A stretch of 59,208 nt of DNA from Myxococcota bacterium (GTDB taxonomy: Bacteria; Myxococcota_A; Polyangia; Polyangiales; Sandaracinaceae), in assembly GCA_036149055.1 (NCBI GenBank), contig JAYZQJ010000142.1, forward strand, positions 1 through 59,208. The letters are read 5' to 3'. The notes under the pieces were generated by a model. The model saw nothing but the letters and a program-made list of their open reading frames with translations, did no database searches and was not told the DNA's origin. Both the position numbers and the translations under genes were made by a program. Of this stretch, positions 53,935 through 59,208 are shown piece by piece. Each line of letters starts with the position of its first letter. Position 1 is the first letter of the stretch.

Positions 53935-55650
53935 TCAGAAGTTCGCGTTGCTGATGATCTTGGTCGGGCCCCGCCGCGAGCTGCCACCTCGCGACCCGCT
54001 GCTCGATGCCGCGCTGCTCGATCCTGCGCTGCTGGACCCTGCGCTCGTGCCGCTCGAGCTCGATCCGGCGCTCCCGCCGCCGGTGGAGGCGGCGGCCTGG
54101 GCGCCGCTCGTCGCCCTCCCCCGCCCCCGGCGACGACCGCGGCGGCGCGGGGTGGCGCGGGCCTCCTGCGGCTCGGCCTCCTCCGCCTCGGGCTCCTCTT
54201 CGACCGCCTCGGCGGCGATCACGGTCTCCTCGACGACCACGGCCTCCGCCGGCTCCGTCGGCGCGGCCACGGCCTCCTCCGTCGGCGGAGGCGCGGGCGG
54301 CTCCATGGCGGCGGCGGTCTCCGGCAGCGTCGCGCTCGGCTCCTCGGCCTGCGCGCGCGAGTCCTCGCCGCTGAAGAGCGCGTAGGTCAGGCCCACCACG
54401 CCGCCTGCCGCGAGGCCGAGCCCGGCGGCCACGCCGAGCACGAGCGGGAGGATCTTCCGCTTCCGGCCCTGCGGCGCGCCGGTCGGGGTCATCATGACCT
54501 CCGACGTCTGGGGCAGGAGCGTGGGCGGCGCGTCGCGGCCGCCGGCCGGCACGCCCCCCATCCCGGCCGCGAGGTCCTGCGCGCTCGAGCCGATCTGCTC
54601 GAGGTCGATGTTGACCTCCGAGCCCACCGGCCGGAGCAGGCGCGATACCGTGATCGACTCCTTCTCGCTCGGGGTCGGGAGCGAGTTGAAGGAGCTGATC
54701 GAGAGGATCTCGCGGTCCTCGGCGATCTTGTCGCTCATCACGTCGCAGATGACGGCGGAGATCTGGAGCGGATCGATCGCGGCGGCCGACGGCAGCGCGT
54801 CGAGCAGCCGGTAGCGGAAGTCCCGCGCGGTCGAGGGGCGACGCTCGCGGTCGCCGGCGAGCGTCTCGAGGATCACCCGGTCGAGCGCGGGGGGCAGATC
54901 GGGGACGAGCGCGCTCGGCGGCACGACCTTGGGATCGCGGACCATGTCGAGCAGGCGCAGGTCGTTGTCCGCCTTGAAGAGGCGGCGCATCGTCAGCATC
55001 TCCCAGAGCACGATGCCGAGCGCGTACACGTCGGTCCGCCGGTCGACGTCGCGCCCGAACGCCTGCTCCGGGGACATGTAGGCGATCTTGCCCTTGAGCC
55101 CGGCCGCCTCGGTCTGATGGAGCCGCTGCGTCGCCTTCGCGATCCCGAAGTCGATGAGCTTCACGTCGCCGCGGTAGCCGACCAGCACGTTCGCGGGGCT
55201 GACGTCGCGGTGCACGACGCCGGCCGCCGTCCCGTCGGGGTTCAGCAGCTCGTGCGCGGCGTGCAGGCCGTCGGCCACCCGCGTCGCGATGGCGACGGCG
55301 AGCTCCGGCGAGAAGCGCATGTCGCGCTTCTTCAGCGTGCCCATCATCTGCGAGAGCGACGTGCCGTGCACGAACTCCATCAGCAGGCAGTAGGCGCCCT
55401 TGTGCTGACGCAGCGACTCCACGCGCACCACGTTGGGGTGATCGATGCGCGCGCTCAGCCGCGCCTCGTCGACGAACATCTCGACGAAGGACTGATCCGA
55501 CGCGAGGTGCGTGTGGATCACCTTGATGGCGATGTCCTTCGAGAAGCCCCCGGCGCCCTGGCGGCGGCCCAGATAGAGGGCCGCCATCCCGCCGGCCCGC
55601 AGCCGCGCGACGATCTCGACGTCGTCGATTCTCTCGCCTACCTCGAACAT
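53935..55650 (-). CDS. Hanks-type Ser/Thr protein kinase with one TM helix and a low-complexity extracytoplasmic tail
   Basis: AGGMA, IAIK, HPNVV, HRDVSPANVL, DFGIAK, GKIAYMSPEQ, DVYALG; TM ILPLVLGVAAGLGLAAGGVVGLTYALF. Confidence 0.96.
   Translation of the reverse strand: MFEVGERIDDVEIVARLRAGGMAALYLGRRQGAGGFSKDIAIKVIHTHLASDQSFVEMFVDEARLSARIDHPNVVRVESLRQHKGAYCLLMEFVHGTSLSQMMGTLKKRDMRFSPELAVAIATRVADGLHAAHELLNPDGTAAGVVHRDVSPANVLVGYRGDVKLIDFGIAKATQRLHQTEAAGLKGKIAYMSPEQAFGRDVDRRTDVYALGIVLWEMLTMRRLFKADNDLRLLDMVRDPKVVPPSALVPDLPPALDRVILETLAGDRERRPSTARDFRYRLLDALPSAAAIDPLQISAVICDVMSDKIAEDREILSISSFNSLPTPSEKESITVSRLLRPVGSEVNIDLEQIGSSAQDLAAGMGGVPAGGRDAPPTLLPQTSEVMMTPTGAPQGRKRKILPLVLGVAAGLGLAAGGVVGLTYALFSGEDSRAQAEEPSATLPETAAAMEPPAPPPTEEAVAAPTEPAEAVVVEETVIAAEAVEEEPEAEEAEPQEARATPRRRGRRRGRGRATSGAQAAASTGGGSAGSSSSGTSAGSSSAGSSSAASSSGSRGGSSRRGPTKIISNANF
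53998..54070 (-). repeat. Coding 15-bp imperfect tandem repeat (SSSAA/SSSAG) in the kinase tail
   Basis: gctgctcgatgccgc-gctgctcgatcctgc-gctgctggaccctgc on the + strand. Confidence 0.75.
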
Positions 55651-55700
55651 GCGACCTCCTGGACCGCGCGGAGGCGGCCCAGCTTGGGGGCACCGAAAGG

Positions 55701-56546
55701 CTAGAGTACTTCGTCGGCGGCGTCAGATCCATTCGGCGGCCGCCGAACGAGGTAGGCGCGGTGGTGGGCGAAGACCCCGGCCAGCCGCTCGGGGGCCCGC
55801 TCGAAGCCCGGGTGGCGGCGGAGGGCGCGGGCGATGACGGGCGGGCGGGTCCCCTCGGCGAAGGGGAACGCCTCGGCCGTGAAGTCCCACCGCGAGGGCG
55901 ACGCCTCTCGGGCCCCGCCCCGCAGCCGGCCCAGGGTGGCGCTCGCGAGCGACTGCCCGGGCGAGACGAACAGATCCGGCCACCACGGGCAGTCCACATA
56001 GGCCTCGGCGGCGATCCGGCCGTGGCGGGAGAGCGCGGCCCGCATGACCTCCGGCCGACAGCTCTCGTGGTCGAATTGCTCACGCGGCGCCGCGCCCGGT
56101 TCGAGGCGACGGAGGACACGCCGGGCCCAGGCGCCGTAGCTCGCCGGGTGGGTGGCGAAGACCACCAGCCAGCGCTCGGCTCTCGCGGCCGCGTCGGCGA
56201 GGTGGGCGCGCCAGTCCGCCACCCGGTGGGCGGCGTTGAACAACAATTGGACCTCGGCTCGAGCGCCGTCCGCCTGGCTCCGGAGCTCCAGCCGGTCCTC
56301 GAGCCCCGCTCGGCGGTAGACCACGCGCACCCGCTCGCGGGCGTCCGGGTCGGCCAGTATCACCGTGATACGAGCGCCGGCGCGGGCCAGCGGGAGCAGG
56401 TGCAGCCCCGGCATCCCGGCCATTCCGTCGATCGGGCCCTCCATGGCGGACGCGGGGCGTCGGGGGGACAGCCAGCGCTCGAGGAGCGCGTAGATGGCCC
56501 ACCGCTCGTAGGCGGTCCCCAGCCCCGTATCCCGTGTCACGGACAT
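55701..56546 (-). CDS. Hypothetical protein, possibly class I SAM-dependent methyltransferase-like fold
   Basis: MSVTRDTGLGTAYERW..AMEGPIDGMAG..ARITV..LLFNAAH..YVDCPWWPDL. The fold assignment is inferred. Confidence 0.6.
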   Translation of the reverse strand: MSVTRDTGLGTAYERWAIYALLERWLSPRRPASAMEGPIDGMAGMPGLHLLPLARAGARITVILADPDARERVRVVYRRAGLEDRLELRSQADGARAEVQLLFNAAHRVADWRAHLADAAARAERWLVVFATHPASYGAWARRVLRRLEPGAAPREQFDHESCRPEVMRAALSRHGRIAAEAYVDCPWWPDLFVSPGQSLASATLGRLRGGAREASPSRWDFTAEAFPFAEGTRPPVIARALRRHPGFERAPERLAGVFAHHRAYLVRRPPNGSDAADEVL

Positions 56547-56649
56547 GGTCCGAGAGCTTGCCGTTCCCCGGACTTTTACGCCACGGGCGCTGCCCAAGGT
56601 CCTCGTTCGCTGCTACTCTGGCCGGGTCTCGATGATGGGGAGCCTCACC

Positions 56650-57267
56650 ATGACGTTTCGAAACGCGGTCATCACCGCCGGGTTGCTGAGCGCCCTGACC
56701 CTCGGCGGCTGCGAGTGCGGCGGGCCGGTCACGGCCGAGTGTGACTCCGACTCGGACTGTGGTGAGGGCTCGCTCTGCCTCGCCGGCCGCTGTCACGCCG
56801 AGCTCGGCGACTGCCGCGACGGCGACGGCGACGGCTACCGCGACGGCGTCGCGTGTCCGGGGACCGAGACCATCGACTGCGATGACGACGACCCCGCCAT
56901 CAACCCGGGCGAGACCGAGATCTGCGGTAACGGGATCGATGACAACTGCCTCGCCGGTGAAGACGAGGGCTGTCCGTGCGACACGGTCATGACCGGCGCG
57001 ACGCGCGACTGCGGTCGCGGCCGCTGCGCCGGCATCCAGACCTGCGCCGCGACCGGCTGGGGCGAGTGCATCCCGCTGATCATGCCCGAGCAGGAGCAGT
57101 GCGGCGCCGACGGCATGGGCGACGGCGTCGACGACAACTGCAACGGCGAGGTCGACGACGGCTGCCTCGAGTGCCCGTCGCGCCTCGACGGCATGGGCGA
57201 CGAGATCGCGTGCTTCGACGACGCCGGGATGGCGTCCTACTGCAGCTCCAACGGCGTCTGCCGCTGA
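56650..57267 (+). CDS. Cys/Asp-rich lipoprotein with putative metal-binding (MopE-like/GCC) repeats
   Basis: Lipobox LGGC; DGDGDGY, DCDDDDPAINPGETEICGNGIDDNC, DGVDDNCNGEVDDGC. Confidence 0.85.
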   Translation: MTFRNAVITAGLLSALTLGGCECGGPVTAECDSDSDCGEGSLCLAGRCHAELGDCRDGDGDGYRDGVACPGTETIDCDDDDPAINPGETEICGNGIDDNCLAGEDEGCPCDTVMTGATRDCGRGRCAGIQTCAATGWGECIPLIMPEQEQCGADGMGDGVDDNCNGEVDDGCLECPSRLDGMGDEIACFDDAGMASYCSSNGVCR

Positions 57268-57351
57268 CGGCGCGCGCCGCCCGCGCGGTCCTCGCGCGCG
57301 GTGGATGAAGGGCTTTCTTTTCGCCCGCCCCTGGCGCACCCTCTGGCCGTC

Positions 57352-59046
57352 ATGTCGCTGCGCTTTCCTTCCCTTCGAGCGCCCCTCGGCCTGCTCTCCG
57401 CGCTGTCCCTCCTCGCCGCCTGCGCGGGGGACGAGCGCGGCGCGGTCGTCTACGTCGACTCGGAGCTCTGCGCGGACGAGGTCCAGCTCTACCGCGTGCG
57501 CCTGACCGCGTCGGGCGTGGACGAGGTGTTCCACGCCGCGTTCTCGGAGGCGGCCTGCACCGGGCAGACGAACTGCGCGGTGGTCGACGCGGCGGACTTC
57601 CCGCTCTCGCTCCCGGTCCGCTCGGGCAGCGGCGAGGGCACCTTCGAGGTCACGGTCGACGCGCTCGACGCCGGCGAGAACAGCCTCGCCTGCGCCGCGG
57701 GTGAGCTGGAGCTCAGCCCGACCGGGATCGCCGGCGGCGTGATCGTGGTCCGGCGCGGCACCTCGGGTGCGTGCTGCGCGGCCGACGCCCTCCAGCCGGT
57801 GGCCTTCGACGAGCGCCCCGAGGCGACCACCTGCACGCCCGAGCTCGTGACGCCGCAGCAGCCCATCGAGCGCATCGCGGTCGGCGCCGCCCACGCGTGC
57901 ATGATCGACGCGGAGGGCCGGGTGTTCTGCTGGGGCTCCAACGCGCGCGGGCAGCTGGGCCTCGGGGACAGCGACGACCGCCGGCAGCCGACCTTCGTGC
58001 GCGACCTCGAGCGCGCCGGGCTCACCGCCATCGACGTGGCCGCCGGTGACTCTCACACCTGCGCGGTGGTCACCGCCGACGACACCTCCTTCAACGTCTT
58101 CTGCTGGGGCGACAACGGGCAGAACCAGGTGGGCGCGGCCGACGGCGCCGCGAGCTACGACTCGCCGCGGCTCGCCCCGGGCACCGCGGGCGCCCGTCAG
58201 CTCTCGCTCGGACCGCAGCACACGTGCGCGCTCTTCGCCGATGGCCGCGTGGCCTGCTGGGGCTCGAACCAGGAGGGCGAGGCCGGGCAGGCCGACGTGA
58301 ACAGCGTCCGCATGCCGACGACGGTCGAAGACGTGCCCCCGGCGATCGCGATCGCGGCCGGCGGACAGGGAGGCGCCCCGCCCGGGCCCCCGCGTCACAC
58401 CTGCGCGCTGGTCCAGGACATGGGCGGCGACGCGCAGGTCTGGTGCTGGGGCTCGAACTCGAAGCGGCAGCTCGGCCGCGAGGGCATGGGCGGCGGGACG
58501 CCGGCCCAGGTCGAGGCGATGACGCTCCCGGCGAACCTGACCCAGATCGCGGCCGGCCAGGAGCACACCTGCGCCGTCGAGGGACCGGGCGGGCAGCTCT
58601 GGTGCTGGGGCCTCAACAACGCGGGCACGCTCGGCGTCCCCGCGGCGACCCAGGAGCAGCGGCCGCCGACGCCGATCATGGGCGCGGGCGAGGTCACCGC
58701 GGCGGTGGATCCGGAGGGCGCGGCGCCGCCGATGACGACGATCGCCGCGGGGGTCGCCTCGCGCTGCGTCCTGCTGGGCGACACCGGCACCCCGCACTGC
58801 TTCGGGCTCCAGCAGGACGGCCGCCTCGGCGTCCTGGCCAGCGGCATCCAGGTCGAGCCGGTCCCCGTGCAGGACGGCTTCAGCGGCTTCCAGCAGATCG
58901 GCCTGGGCCTCACCTTCGGCTGCGCCCTCCCCAGAGGCGGCGGGCTGCCGCAGTGCTGGGGCAACAACGCCAGCGGTCAGCTCGGCCGCCCGACCGGCGC
59001 GACCACGACCGAGGAGCCGCCCCAGTCGGTCGCGAGCTGCGGCTGA
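57352..59046 (+). CDS. RCC1/BLIP-II beta-propeller lipoprotein
   Basis: Lipobox LAAC; repeated IAAG..HTCA....G.V.CWG.N..GQLG motifs. Confidence 0.9.
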   Translation: MSLRFPSLRAPLGLLSALSLLAACAGDERGAVVYVDSELCADEVQLYRVRLTASGVDEVFHAAFSEAACTGQTNCAVVDAADFPLSLPVRSGSGEGTFEVTVDALDAGENSLACAAGELELSPTGIAGGVIVVRRGTSGACCAADALQPVAFDERPEATTCTPELVTPQQPIERIAVGAAHACMIDAEGRVFCWGSNARGQLGLGDSDDRRQPTFVRDLERAGLTAIDVAAGDSHTCAVVTADDTSFNVFCWGDNGQNQVGAADGAASYDSPRLAPGTAGARQLSLGPQHTCALFADGRVACWGSNQEGEAGQADVNSVRMPTTVEDVPPAIAIAAGGQGGAPPGPPRHTCALVQDMGGDAQVWCWGSNSKRQLGREGMGGGTPAQVEAMTLPANLTQIAAGQEHTCAVEGPGGQLWCWGLNNAGTLGVPAATQEQRPPTPIMGAGEVTAAVDPEGAAPPMTTIAAGVASRCVLLGDTGTPHCFGLQQDGRLGVLASGIQVEPVPVQDGFSGFQQIGLGLTFGCALPRGGGLPQCWGNNASGQLGRPTGATTTEEPPQSVASCG

Positions 59047-59050
59047 AGCT

Positions 59051-59208
59051 GTTTTTTGGAGGGTTTGGTGCAAACCCTCCCCCCATTGGGCAAAGCGCCA
59101 ATGGGGCCCCCTCCCGACTCCGTCGGGGCCTCGCGCGCTTCGCGCGCTGGCCCCGCGACCCCAGCGCGGGGCGCTGGGGGCCCTGCGGCTCGCGCTCGCG
59201 CTGCGCGC
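59051..59208. repeat. Dispersed multi-hairpin element, copy C (inverted relative to B; truncated by window end)
   Basis: ggagggtttggtgcaaaccctccccccattgggcaaagcgccaatggggcccc...gcggctcgcgctcgcgctgcgcgc is the reverse complement of copy B. Confidence 0.92.

Noticed and set aside
51453..59050. Composite transposon bounded by inverted repeat copies B and C
   Set aside because: There is no transposase and no visible target duplication, and the inverted arrangement is explained by each copy following the stop codon of an oppositely oriented gene.

Overview
Very GC-rich chromosomal segment from a myxobacterium (Myxococcota; gene content and style suggest Polyangiales/Sandaracinaceae, which is an inference). 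Its centre is a large Glt (adventurous gliding) envelope-complex locus. On the - strand are gltC-gltD-gltE-gltF-gltG, an extra TPR lipoprotein and a 3375-aa gltI/agmK-like gene. A gltK/cglC-like lipoprotein gene is divergent from gltC, and two gltB/gltA-like outer-membrane beta-barrel genes lie about 5.6 kb away, downstream of ftsY. Housekeeping genes include an RluA-family pseudouridine synthase, rpmB, greA, carB, tsaE, ftsY and yraN. Other genes include an orphan MglA-family GTPase overlapping a NUDIX-MBL fusion, a TolC/ABC/MFP exporter, a Uma2 nuclease, a Ser/Thr kinase, a Cache-HAMP protein with a MXAN_5187-type C-terminus, and several secreted or lipoproteins. Non-coding highlights are (i) three copies of a 160-210 bp multi-hairpin element with compensatory stem changes and C-GNA-G triloops, each 1-4 nt downstream of a stop codon, with both window ends inside a copy; (ii) repeat-dense islands between convergent genes; and (iii) several sigma70-type and apparently leaderless promoters. 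No tRNA, rRNA, CRISPR array, transposase or integrase was recognised. All family assignments come from motif recognition by eye, not from database searches.
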